This document shows positions 28,710 to 38,334 of a stretch of 64,000 bases of DNA, in pieces. Location of the stretch: positions 210,823 through 274,822 of the forward strand of contig CAVXAM010000006.1 of NCBI GenBank assembly GCA_963759785.1, read 5' to 3'. Position numbers and translations under genes: made by a program. The DNA comes from an uncultured Chloroflexia bacterium (GTDB lineage Bacteria > Chloroflexota > Dehalococcoidia > Dehalococcoidales > RBG-16-60-22). The notes below the pieces were generated by a model. It was not told the DNA's origin, did not search any database, and worked only from the letters and a program-made list of their open reading frames with translations. Numbering within the stretch: position 1 is the stretch's first letter; each line of letters begins with the position of its first letter.

Positions 28710-29528
28710 TTATTTCTTTAAAATTTCATAAAGCCTCGTAACGTTCATTTGAATAATGCCTGTGGTGCGTTCGTCGCGGGGCAGGTTCGGGAACTCTTTC
28801 TCCATCGTGATGTTCTTTTGCATTTCTTGCAGCGTCATCCCTTTCGCGATAGCTTCCTTGATAGTATTCACCCAGACCGTAACGGTTTCATACATTTCTT
28901 TGATACAGCTTTTATCGCCGACATCGCCATGCCCGGGAATAACGTAATCGACATCGAACTTTTCCATCGCTTTTAAAGTCTTTAGCCACTCGTCCGGCAT
29001 CGCCTGGTGGAAAAACGGTATAAGCCGGCTGATATTATCGGAGGTGAAAATAGTTCTTTCTTCGGGGACATATACCGCCACCTGATAAGGAGTATGACCC
29101 GGCATATGAATCAACTGAAAAGTATGGTCACCGACGTAAAGCGTTAGTTTATCTTTTAACGTAATATCCGGGGCACGATATTTAAAGTCATCATCCAACT
29201 TTGTTCCGGGCCAGCGCATCTTTAACATTTCTTTAAAATCGCTTACCTTAGAAGCCAGGATTGCGTCACGCGTACCTTCATGAGTAACAAGTTTACCGCC
29301 GAAATAACAATCGCCGGAAATATGGTCGCCGTGGGGTTCGGTATTGATAACGTAGCGAACTACCCCCAGTTTAACTACCGCCGCCGCCATCGCCTTCGCA
29401 TCAGCCGGCAGCATCGGCGTATCGATAACTACACAACCATCTTTAGTGACGACGCAGCTGGCGTTACAAACACTATTCTTGCTTTCAACATAGATATTAG
29501 GCGTAATTTTCTGCATTTTTCTCTCCAA
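28710..29528 (-). CDS. MBL-fold metallo-hydrolase
   Basis: 272 aa with TEPHGDH, MPGHTP and IPGHGD. Confidence 0.8.
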   Translation of the reverse strand: MERKMQKITPNIYVESKNSVCNASCVVTKDGCVVIDTPMLPADAKAMAAAVVKLGVVRYVINTEPHGDHISGDCYFGGKLVTHEGTRDAILASKVSDFKEMLKMRWPGTKLDDDFKYRAPDITLKDKLTLYVGDHTFQLIHMPGHTPYQVAVYVPEERTIFTSDNISRLIPFFHQAMPDEWLKTLKAMEKFDVDYVIPGHGDVGDKSCIKEMYETVTVWVNTIKEAIAKGMTLQEMQKNITMEKEFPNLPRDERTTGIIQMNVTRLYEILKK

Positions 29529-29905
29529 TATTAAAATATAAGGGTTTATCCCATACTTTAACCGCCATATACGGTAGTGTCAAGTAGAATTCCGAAGCCG
29601 AATTGAACGGTTTACAAGTAATATTTAGTTAATCTTAGCTGGTCAATTAAAAGCAACTTACACACCCACTTGACAATTGTGACTAGAAACTATATATTTA
29701 GCTAGTTTACTTAAAATACTGTTACTTTTTTGATACATCGGATACCGATGTAATAAGTTTTGGCATATAATTTTGTGAAAAAAATTTATATTTGGTAGAA
29801 TAATCCTTGGCAGGATTTTAACTACTCTAAATAACAAAGGTAGATAACACCACCTTTTTGACATATCTATATAAAACTTTGTTAAAAGGAATAAAAAGGA
29901 GGGAT

Positions 29906-31555
29906 ATGATTAAAAAAATCTTAACTCTACTATTTTCTCTCACGGTCATCGCCAGCCTTGTTATACTCCCTGCCTGTTCGGGTGCCCCTAGCGGCCCCCA
30001 GGTTTTAACCGTTAACATCGCTGGTGAACCATCCCAGATCGACCCCAACCGCGCTTCTTGGTCGACGGAGCGCACCGTCATCATGCAGGTATTCGAAGGC
30101 CTACTTGGCTTCAACCAGGATTTGACCCTGCGAGCTATCGGTGCCACAGAAATCCCGACTCTCGGTAACGGTGGTATTTCCGCCGATGGCAAAACCTACA
30201 CCTTCAAGCTCAACCCCGATGTTACCTGGAGTGATGGTAAGAAGGTTACCACCGCCGACTACGTTTATAGTATCAAACGCTTATTCGACCCTGTCAACGC
30301 AGCAGAGTATGCCTCGTTCTACTTTAACATCGTCGGTGGTGAAGCTTATTATTCAGCCGCCGATCAAGATGAAGCCGCCAAATTAGCACTTCAGGATGCT
30401 ATCGGCGTTAAAGCTCTAGATGCGACTACTCTCGAAATCAAACTGATTAACGCTCAACCTACCTTCCTGCAGCTGATGGCTCTCTGGCCGGTATACCCTG
30501 TTAGAGAAGACATCATTACCCAGTATGGCGACAAGTGGACAGAGCCACCGAACTATATCGGCAATGGTGCCTTCCTGATGACGGAATGGGTGCATTCCGA
30601 CCACATCACCCTCGTGAAGAATCCCAACTACTGGGGTGAAAAAGCCAAGCTAGATAAACTTACTCTCAACATGATAACGGATGCCAATGCCCTATTTGCG
30701 GCTTATCAGAACAATGAAGTTGATATCTCAGGAGTCCCTGCCGGCACTGAAAAAACTGTCATGGCTGACGCAGCGCTTAGCCCCCAAATTCTACGCTTTG
30801 CAGAACTGACCACCTTCGCATTCCAGTTCAACGTTGCCGTAGCACCGTTTGATAACAAGAATCTCCGCAAGGCGCTTAATGCCGCCGTTGACCGCGATGC
30901 GTTTATCGACAACGTACGCGGCGGCGTCGGTAAGGCAGCTTACAGCTGGATACCGCCGGGCATGCCTGGTTACGATGCTAATCTTGGCGCCGATTATCAC
31001 TTCAATGTCACGAAAGCCAAGGAATTCCTGACGGCAGCTGGTTATTCTGATGGGAGCAAAGTACCGGAGTTGCACCTCCAGTATGCCGATACCGGCATCA
31101 ACCCAACCATAGCCCAGTTTATCCAGAACCAGCTTAAAGTCAACCTAGATATCTCCGTAGTGATTGAGCCCATGGAACGCAAAGCCTTCACCCAGGCGGT
31201 CAACTCCGAACAGTATACCTGGGCGTGGTACGGCTGGGGTGCTGATTATCCTGACCCGGATAACTGGCTGCCGCAGCTGTTCGGCACTGGCGCCGGCAAC
31301 AACCATACTGCCTACAGTAGCGCAGCGTTTGATGACCTTATGGCCAAGGCTGCTGTTGAGCTCGACAATACCAAGCGACTCGATCTTTATGCCCAAGCTC
31401 AAGCAATGATTGTTGACGATGCTCCAATTCTGTTCATGTTCTATCGTGAACGTTTCGTTCTCGTAAAACCACATGTGAAGGGCTTAAAATACACCGGTAT
31501 GGATGGAGATGTACCAGGCGATATGTTCTTCGCCAATGTTTACATTCAAAACTAA
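29906..31555 (+). CDS. ABC transporter substrate-binding lipoprotein, peptide/nickel family 5 (OppA/DppA-like)
   Basis: Preferred start is the ATG at 29906 (AAGGAGGG RBS); the track start is 29858. Lipobox LVILPACSG. Family-5 SBP length and motifs. Confidence 0.85.
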   Translation: MIKKILTLLFSLTVIASLVILPACSGAPSGPQVLTVNIAGEPSQIDPNRASWSTERTVIMQVFEGLLGFNQDLTLRAIGATEIPTLGNGGISADGKTYTFKLNPDVTWSDGKKVTTADYVYSIKRLFDPVNAAEYASFYFNIVGGEAYYSAADQDEAAKLALQDAIGVKALDATTLEIKLINAQPTFLQLMALWPVYPVREDIITQYGDKWTEPPNYIGNGAFLMTEWVHSDHITLVKNPNYWGEKAKLDKLTLNMITDANALFAAYQNNEVDISGVPAGTEKTVMADAALSPQILRFAELTTFAFQFNVAVAPFDNKNLRKALNAAVDRDAFIDNVRGGVGKAAYSWIPPGMPGYDANLGADYHFNVTKAKEFLTAAGYSDGSKVPELHLQYADTGINPTIAQFIQNQLKVNLDISVVIEPMERKAFTQAVNSEQYTWAWYGWGADYPDPDNWLPQLFGTGAGNNHTAYSSAAFDDLMAKAAVELDNTKRLDLYAQAQAMIVDDAPILFMFYRERFVLVKPHVKGLKYTGMDGDVPGDMFFANVYIQN

Positions 31556-31593
31556 TACCTGATACCTGACACGCTACTGTTAAACTAGAAAAG

Positions 31594-31636
31594 AAGGAGA
31601 ATCAGGGGAAACATTAATACTCCCCTGATTCTCCTT
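31594..31636 (+). terminator. Perfect 16-bp stem-loop between the SBP gene and the first permease gene (attenuator or mRNA-stabiliser candidate)
   Basis: AAGGAGAATCAGGGGA-(11 nt)-TCCCCTGATTCTCCTT, followed by an A/T-rich tract. Confidence 0.6.
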
Positions 31637-31649
31637 ATAATAAAACTAA

Positions 31650-32567
31650 ATGACTAGATACATCATCAAACGTATATTCTGGCTATTCATCGTGTTGCTC
31701 GTTGTTAGTTTTATCACCTTTTCCCTAATGCATCTCGTTCCAGGTGGACCTTGGGATAAAGAAAAAACGCTTGCCCCACAAGTAGTGGATGCCCTCAACA
31801 AGAAATACGGACTCGATAAGCCGTTTATTGTGCAGTTCGGGGATTTCCTCTGGAATCTACTCCACGGCGACTTGGGAGTTTCTTATTCTTTTCAAGACCG
31901 CAACGTTACCGACATCATATTACAGGGATTACCTAAGACAGCGACATTGGGTATCATCGCCTTTATTTTAGCTATTGTTATTGGTATTCCTTTCGGGATG
32001 GCGGCAGCTTTAAAGCAAAACTCCATTATCGATTATTTGTCGGTCATTTTTTCTACCATTTTTGCCAGTATTCCGGGTTTTGTGCTGGGGATACTGCTCA
32101 TTATTATTTTCTCCGTTGAATTACACTGGCTACCGACTGGAGGCTGGGGGAGTGTCCAACAAATAATCATGCCGGCTTTTGCGCTGGCTACATTACCGGC
32201 AGCTTTCATCGCCCGGATTACCCGCGCCAGCACGCTGGAAGTAATGCGTCAGGATTATATCCGTACCGTTCAAGCTATGGGAATCAAACAACGTGTTATC
32301 CTCGTCCGCCATATCCTCCGCAACGCCCTGATTCCCGTAATCACCATGGCGGGACCGGAACTGGCTTTCCTCATTTCTGGTTCATTCATTATAGAAAACC
32401 TTTTCTCGATACCGGGTATCGGTCGCATGTTCGTGAACGGCGTTTTTGCCCGGGACTATGGATTGATAATGGGCAGCGTTATTTTCTATGGATTCGTTAT
32501 AGCCGGTATCAACCTCGTCGTTGATTTATTATATGCGGTTATTGACCCGCGGATACGCTATGATTAA
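31650..32567 (+). CDS. Peptide ABC transporter permease (DppB/OppB-like)
   Basis: 305 aa with about 6 TM helices and an EAA-loop region (RTVQAMGIKQRVILVRHILRNAL). Confidence 0.85.
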   Translation: MTRYIIKRIFWLFIVLLVVSFITFSLMHLVPGGPWDKEKTLAPQVVDALNKKYGLDKPFIVQFGDFLWNLLHGDLGVSYSFQDRNVTDIILQGLPKTATLGIIAFILAIVIGIPFGMAAALKQNSIIDYLSVIFSTIFASIPGFVLGILLIIIFSVELHWLPTGGWGSVQQIIMPAFALATLPAAFIARITRASTLEVMRQDYIRTVQAMGIKQRVILVRHILRNALIPVITMAGPELAFLISGSFIIENLFSIPGIGRMFVNGVFARDYGLIMGSVIFYGFVIAGINLVVDLLYAVIDPRIRYD

Positions 32568-32576
32568 GGATTAAAA

Positions 32577-33449
32577 GTGACTACAGCAGTTGAATCGGTT
32601 AGACCTCATCATACCCTTTGGGGAGATGCCTGGATACGCCTTAGGCGTAATCGCCTGGCGGTAACTGGCGGTGTTCTTATTCTATTGGTAGCACTGGCCG
32701 CTATTATCTATCCCTTTTTTAGTAAATATGACTTTGCTTCGCAAGACATGAACGCCATCCTTCAGGCACCGAATAGTGAACACCTATTGGGAACCGATGA
32801 GCTGGGCAGAGATGTTCTGACACGTTTGATTTACGGCGCCAGAACATCATTAGCGGTAGGTATTTTTACCCAGATAATCGTACTAGCTATCGGTTTACCT
32901 CTCGGTTCTATTTCCGGGGCTGCCGGTGGTACGGCAGATAATCTTATTATGCGTTTTGTCGACATAATTTATGCTTTCCCCGACTTGCTGCTTATAATAT
33001 TGCTGCGAGCCATTCTCGGCGGGAGTATTTATATGATATTCCTTGCCATTGGTCTCGTTAACTGGGTAGGCGTGGCGCGTCTCGTACGCGGTCAAACATT
33101 ATCATTGAAACAGAGAGACTTCGTTACCGCGGCACGGGTTTTTGGAGGTTCGAGCGGCTACATTACCACCCGCCATTTGCTGCCCAACTCGCTCGGACCG
33201 GTGATTGTCACCGTAACGTTTAATATCCCGCGCGCCATCTTTACCGAAGCAGCACTATCTTACATCGGTATCGGCGTTCAACCCCCTACTCCAAGCTGGG
33301 GCGCGATGATACGTGATGGCTATAACGTTATTTTCGCCGCTCCTCACCTCGTTCTTTTCCCGGCGATTGCTATCGGTATTTTGATGCTTTCATTTACCTT
33401 CCTGGGTGATGGTCTTCGCGATGCCCTAGACCCGAGGTTAAGAAGATGA
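32577..33449 (+). CDS. Peptide ABC transporter permease (DppC/OppC-like)
   Basis: 290 aa, GTG start, LGTDELGRDVLTRLIYGAR motif. Confidence 0.85.
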   Translation: MTTAVESVRPHHTLWGDAWIRLRRNRLAVTGGVLILLVALAAIIYPFFSKYDFASQDMNAILQAPNSEHLLGTDELGRDVLTRLIYGARTSLAVGIFTQIIVLAIGLPLGSISGAAGGTADNLIMRFVDIIYAFPDLLLIILLRAILGGSIYMIFLAIGLVNWVGVARLVRGQTLSLKQRDFVTAARVFGGSSGYITTRHLLPNSLGPVIVTVTFNIPRAIFTEAALSYIGIGVQPPTPSWGAMIRDGYNVIFAAPHLVLFPAIAIGILMLSFTFLGDGLRDALDPRLRR

Positions 33450-34438
33450 GCGAACAGCCTTTATTAGATATTCGCAACCTGTCGACCTATTTCCATACCC
33501 AAGACGGTATCGTTAAAGCGGTTGACGGGGTGTCATATAACGTTAACCGCGGTGAAACTATCGCCCTGGTCGGCGAAAGCGGCTGCGGTAAAACCGTTAG
33601 CGCTCTTTCGATACTCCGGCTGATTCCCGACCCACCGGGCAAAATTACTTCCGGCGAAATCTTCTTCGACGGGACTAACCTGCTGGCTTTGCCTAAAGAA
33701 GCGATGACCGATATCCGCGGCGATAAAATCGCGATGATTTTCCAGGAGCCACTAACCTCACTCGACCCGGTGTTAACCATCGGCCGCCAGATTACCGAAC
33801 CCCTCGAACGCCACCGTGATATGCATGGTAAAGAAGCCGATGATGAAGCCATCAGGCTTTTAAAATTGGTAGGTATTCCACAGGCAGACCGCCGTATTAA
33901 GGATTATCCCCATCAATTTAGCGGCGGTATGCGTCAACGCGCCATGATAGCATTGGCGATTTCCTGCCAGCCGCAACTAATCCTGGCTGACGAACCGACC
34001 ACGGTTGTCGACGTCACCATTCAGGCACAACTGCTAGAGCTTATCCGTAATATTACGAAGGAGCTAAACACAGCACTGATTTTAATAACGCATAATCTCG
34101 GTATCGTCGCTCGATATGCGCAACGCGTCTATGTGATGTATGCCGGTCATATTGTCGAGCATGGTTCGTCTCAAGAAATTTATAAAAATCCGGCGCACCC
34201 TTATACTAAGGGATTGCTGGCATCGGTACCGCGGCTCGATGAGCCGAGGAAAACCCGCTTACAGCCCATTGAAGGACAGCCGCCGGACTTAATACAGCTA
34301 CCGGTTGGCTGCGCTTTCGAACCACGTTGTGACCGTGTTTGCGATGAGTGTCACCATGAAAGACCACCTTTGGTCGAAGTGTCACCAGGGCATTTCGCTG
34401 CTTGCTTGATAATCAAACCCTCCAGGAAGAAACGTTAA
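33446..34438 (+). CDS. Peptide ABC transporter ATPase (DppD/OppD-like)
   Basis: Walker A GESGCGKT, signature FSGGMRQR, Walker B ILADEPTT, C-terminal oligopeptide-type Cys-rich extension. Confidence 0.9.
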   Translation: MSEQPLLDIRNLSTYFHTQDGIVKAVDGVSYNVNRGETIALVGESGCGKTVSALSILRLIPDPPGKITSGEIFFDGTNLLALPKEAMTDIRGDKIAMIFQEPLTSLDPVLTIGRQITEPLERHRDMHGKEADDEAIRLLKLVGIPQADRRIKDYPHQFSGGMRQRAMIALAISCQPQLILADEPTTVVDVTIQAQLLELIRNITKELNTALILITHNLGIVARYAQRVYVMYAGHIVEHGSSQEIYKNPAHPYTKGLLASVPRLDEPRKTRLQPIEGQPPDLIQLPVGCAFEPRCDRVCDECHHERPPLVEVSPGHFAACLIIKPSRKKR

Positions 34439-35439
34439 TGAATAATGAAACAATCATTGAAATAAAAAATCTGACCAAACACTTTCCGGTTACTGCCGGT
34501 CTGATACGGCGGAAAAACGTAGGGGTATTAAAAGCCGTTGATGGGGTCTCTTTAGCTGTTCATAAAGGTGAAACACTCGGCTTGGTCGGCGAAAGCGGTT
34601 GTGGCAAGACGACGTTAGGTAAATGCGTCCTGCAGCTTTACCGTGCTACCAGCGGCGAGGTAATTTACGAGGGCAAGGATTTATGCAAGCTTTCGAATAA
34701 GCAACTGCGTCCATTGCGAAAGCATCTCCAGCTAATCTTCCAGGACCCTTACGATTCGCTAGACCCGCGTTTTACGGCTGCTGATATCATCGGCGAACCG
34801 ATGCGCATTCATAATATGCATCGTACACCGGCTTACCGGGAAAAAATTGACGAACTAATTAACATCGTTGGGCTTTCACCTTATATGGCAGAACGCTATC
34901 CACACGAGTTCAGCGGCGGGCAGCGACAGCGCCTCGGTATCGCCAGAGCGCTGGCTTTACAACCCAACTTTATCGTTTGTGACGAACCGATTTCAGCACT
35001 GGATGTTTCGATTCAAGCCCAGATTATTAACCTGCTCGATGACCTCGGCGAGCAGTTCGGTATTGCCTTCCTGTTTATCTCGCACGACCTGGCAGTAGTG
35101 CGGCACATCAGTGACCGTGTCGCCGTCATGTACCTCGGCAAACTGATGGAAGTAGCCGACCGTGATAGTCTTTATGAATCCCCCCTCCATCCCTATACCC
35201 AGGCGCTGCTTTCCGCCGTTCCCATCCCCGACCCGGCGGTTGAAGCTAAGCGTAAGGTTATCGTCCTGCAGGGAGAAGTGCCCAGCCCGATTAACCCACC
35301 CTCCGGTTGCGTTTTCCATCCCCGCTGTTTCCAGGCGTTCGACGAGTGCAAGACTACTGTGCCACAGCTAGCCAAACAAAAAGAGGGACACGAGGTAGCC
35401 TGCCTGCTTTATAAAAATTCCTGGCCTAAAAAGAAATAG
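34438..35439 (+). CDS. Peptide ABC transporter ATPase (DppF/OppF-like)
   Basis: Walker A GESGCGKT, FSGGQRQR, VCDEPISALD. Preferred ATG at 34438 overlaps the upstream stop (TAATG); the track start is 34402. Confidence 0.9.
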   Translation: MNNETIIEIKNLTKHFPVTAGLIRRKNVGVLKAVDGVSLAVHKGETLGLVGESGCGKTTLGKCVLQLYRATSGEVIYEGKDLCKLSNKQLRPLRKHLQLIFQDPYDSLDPRFTAADIIGEPMRIHNMHRTPAYREKIDELINIVGLSPYMAERYPHEFSGGQRQRLGIARALALQPNFIVCDEPISALDVSIQAQIINLLDDLGEQFGIAFLFISHDLAVVRHISDRVAVMYLGKLMEVADRDSLYESPLHPYTQALLSAVPIPDPAVEAKRKVIVLQGEVPSPINPPSGCVFHPRCFQAFDECKTTVPQLAKQKEGHEVACLLYKNSWPKKK

Positions 35440-35622
35440 CGCCCCAACTAAACTACACCTCAATATCCAATCAACTTGAATCGCAAATTTCAGTAGAGTA
35501 TTATTAATAAAGATACTTTTCCCCCTGAAATATTGGTTACTGTATTAGACTGCGTTTAAGTCAAGAGTGGATATTTGGCTTAATCATGAAATTAGCCAAG
35601 CTAGAAAGGGGAATGATATCTA

Positions 35623-38334
35623 ATGTCAGATACGCCTGCCGGTTTAAACCTCTCGCAGTATCGCCGCGAAGAACTCCTTAGGGACGGATATCGCGTATTA
35701 CTGCGTCCCATCGAAAAAAGCGATATCAATTTATGGCTGGCTTTTTTCTCTCGATTGAGTATGCAGACGAAATACTATCGTTTCCATAACGTGCCGAAGG
35801 AAATGACAGAAGAAGACGCCCTGCGCTTTTGCACCGTCGATTATAATAATTCTTTCGCTTATGTTGTGGAGATTGGTAAAGGACCGGATAGGAAAATCAT
35901 CGCCATCGCGCGTTATTACCGTCTGCCCAACAAGCGGTCGGCAGAAGTGGCTTTCGCTATCGAAGACGCCTACCAGAAAATCGGTCTCGGCACCCGTTTA
36001 ATACAGGCGCTGGCTGACATCGCCCGTGAAAAAGATATCTCGGTTTTCGAAGCCAGCGTCCTTGCCCAGAATCTGCAGATGATGGAAGCCTTTCGCGATT
36101 ACGGTTTTCACGTTTCCAGCAATCTACAGGACGGCGTATATCAGGTTACTTTCCCCATCAAACAAACCCGAATTGTAGGGATTAGAGAAGCCTTCCGCGA
36201 CCGCGTCGCCACTATCGCCTCACTACAGCCATTATTAAAGCCGAAAGCAGTGGCGATTATCGGGGCGGCACGTGCCCCCGGCACTATCGGCAACCTGCTG
36301 ATGCGCTGTATTTTGCAGAGTGGGTATTCCGGCATCGTTTATCCGGTTAATCCGAACACCGAGGCTGTGCTTTCGGTTAAGTCTTATCCTTCAGTGTTAG
36401 ACATCCCCGGCAAAGTCGATATGGCGATTATCGCCGTGCCGGCAGCTCTGGTGAATAAAGTAGCTGACGAGTGTGGGCAAAAAGGCGTACGCGGTTTAAT
36501 CGTTATCTCGGACGGCTTTAAAGAGAGGAGTCCCGAGGGCGCCGTCCGTGAGGAAGAACTAAGGAACATCACCCTTAGCTACGGTATGCGTTTGGTCGGT
36601 CCCAACTGCATGGGCATCATCAACACCGACCCCGAAGTGAGAATGAACGCCACCTTTTCCCAGGTATACCCCAAGGAAGGCAACGTCGCTTTTCTCTCGC
36701 AGAGCGGCGCGATGGGCTTGACTATCCTGGAACATGTTAAAGATTTAAATATGGGTATTTCGACCTTCGTCAGCGTCGGCAACCGCGCCGACGTTTCGTC
36801 TAACGACTTCCTGCAGTACTGGGAAGAAGACCCGGCGACTAAAGTTATCCTGCTTTACCTGGAATCCTTCGGCAACCCCAACCAGTTCGCCAGAATCGCT
36901 CGGCGTGCTTCGGCGAAAAAACCTATCGTCGCTGTAAAAAGCGGCAGTACTGCGGCTGGCGCCAGAGCGGCATCGTCGCATACGGGCGCGCTAGCTACTT
37001 CGGATGTCGCTTCGGATATATTGTTTCAAAATGCAGGTATTATCAGAGTTAATTCAGTAGAAGAACTCTTTAACCTGGCAACATTGCTTTCTACCCAGCC
37101 ATTACCCAAGGGCAGGAGACTGGTAATCGTTACTAACGGGGGCGGACCGGGTATTATCGCAGCTGACACCGCCGCGCGCAACGGACTGGAAGTAATCGAG
37201 CTATCGCCCGAAACCTGCACTAAAATCAGGCCGAACATGAAACGGGATATTAATATCGGCAATCCGATAGACACTACTGCTGGTGCGAACGCCCAGGAAT
37301 ACGAAGGCATCCTGCGGGTGCTGGCGGCGGATGATAACGTGGACGCCGTATTAGCGATATTCGCCCCGCCGATGATTATCGGGACCAAAGAGATGGAAGA
37401 CGCTTTACGGAAGGTCGCACCGGTATTCTGGCGTTATAAAAAGCCGCTGCTCGGCTGCTTTATCGGGCAGAAGGGTCTAAGCGCCCAGCTCGGTACCAAG
37501 GGCCATTTCATTCCCCTCTACGTCTTCCCCGAAGAAGCCATCGTCTCACTAAGGCGGGCGACGGAGTACTCCGAACTGCGCCGTAAACCGCGGGGTAAAA
37601 TCCCAGTGATTAAGGACATCAATAAAGTGAAAGCCCGTGAACTAATAGATGGTATTATAAAAAATCATGTCGAAAGGCCGCTATGGCTTTCGTCCGAAGA
37701 AATCGCCGAGCTGTTGGACTGTTATGGCATATGCCAATCTAAAGTCATTTTTGCCGCCACGGTTGAAGAAGCGAAAAAAGCGGCCAAGAAACTTGGCTTC
37801 CCGGTAGCGGTAAAATTAGCATCCCCGTCGATTACCCATAAGACCGATGTCGGCGGTGTGGTATTAAACGTTGCTTCGGAGGATGATGTCGAAAAAGCCT
37901 TTAATACTATAAAAACGAAGCTGGAAAAACTCGGCAAACAAAAGGAAATGACTGGCGTGACCGTACAAAAGATGATGACCGGCGGCATCGAGACCATCGT
38001 TGGTATTACGCAAGACCCCTCCTTCGGACCGCTGATGATGTTCGGCTCCGGGGGTATTTACGCCGAGCTTATTAAGGACGTCACGATGAAGCTGCACCCG
38101 ATTACCGACCTGGATGCTTTGGAGATGATAGAGTCGGTGAAAATGGCACAGCTTTTTAAAGGTTATCGCGGTTCGCCGCCGAGCGACATCAAAGCCCTGC
38201 AGGAGTTGTTACTCCGTGTTTCGGCGATGGTAGAGGATATACCGGAAATCGCTGAATTGGATTTAAATCCGGTTAACGTTAGACCTGAAAAAGAAGGGTA
38301 TTGGGTTATCGATGCCAGAATCATGGTCAGGTAA
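35623..38334 (+). CDS. Pat-like protein: N-terminal GNAT acetyltransferase fused to ADP-forming acyl-CoA synthetase (CoA-binding, ligase and ATP-grasp domains)
   Basis: 903 aa. GNAT motif A (YQKIGLGTRLIQAL), CoA-binding Rossmann (VAIIGAARAPGTIG), SQSGAMG, phospho-His context (SSHTGALA), ATP-grasp (FPVAVKLASPSITHKTDVGGV). Confidence 0.8.
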   Translation: MSDTPAGLNLSQYRREELLRDGYRVLLRPIEKSDINLWLAFFSRLSMQTKYYRFHNVPKEMTEEDALRFCTVDYNNSFAYVVEIGKGPDRKIIAIARYYRLPNKRSAEVAFAIEDAYQKIGLGTRLIQALADIAREKDISVFEASVLAQNLQMMEAFRDYGFHVSSNLQDGVYQVTFPIKQTRIVGIREAFRDRVATIASLQPLLKPKAVAIIGAARAPGTIGNLLMRCILQSGYSGIVYPVNPNTEAVLSVKSYPSVLDIPGKVDMAIIAVPAALVNKVADECGQKGVRGLIVISDGFKERSPEGAVREEELRNITLSYGMRLVGPNCMGIINTDPEVRMNATFSQVYPKEGNVAFLSQSGAMGLTILEHVKDLNMGISTFVSVGNRADVSSNDFLQYWEEDPATKVILLYLESFGNPNQFARIARRASAKKPIVAVKSGSTAAGARAASSHTGALATSDVASDILFQNAGIIRVNSVEELFNLATLLSTQPLPKGRRLVIVTNGGGPGIIAADTAARNGLEVIELSPETCTKIRPNMKRDINIGNPIDTTAGANAQEYEGILRVLAADDNVDAVLAIFAPPMIIGTKEMEDALRKVAPVFWRYKKPLLGCFIGQKGLSAQLGTKGHFIPLYVFPEEAIVSLRRATEYSELRRKPRGKIPVIKDINKVKARELIDGIIKNHVERPLWLSSEEIAELLDCYGICQSKVIFAATVEEAKKAAKKLGFPVAVKLASPSITHKTDVGGVVLNVASEDDVEKAFNTIKTKLEKLGKQKEMTGVTVQKMMTGGIETIVGITQDPSFGPLMMFGSGGIYAELIKDVTMKLHPITDLDALEMIESVKMAQLFKGYRGSPPSDIKALQELLLRVSAMVEDIPEIAELDLNPVNVRPEKEGYWVIDARIMVR

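Noticed and set aside
29529-29905. Long (377 nt) leader of the peptide transporter operon as a riboswitch or small gene (track ORF 29658..29864, minus strand)
   Set aside because: The ORF translation is implausible and lacks an RBS. I saw only a promoter-like TTGACA, 17 nt, TATATT (29670-29698) and a short hairpin (ACATCGG-ata-CCGATGT), with no recognisable riboswitch core.
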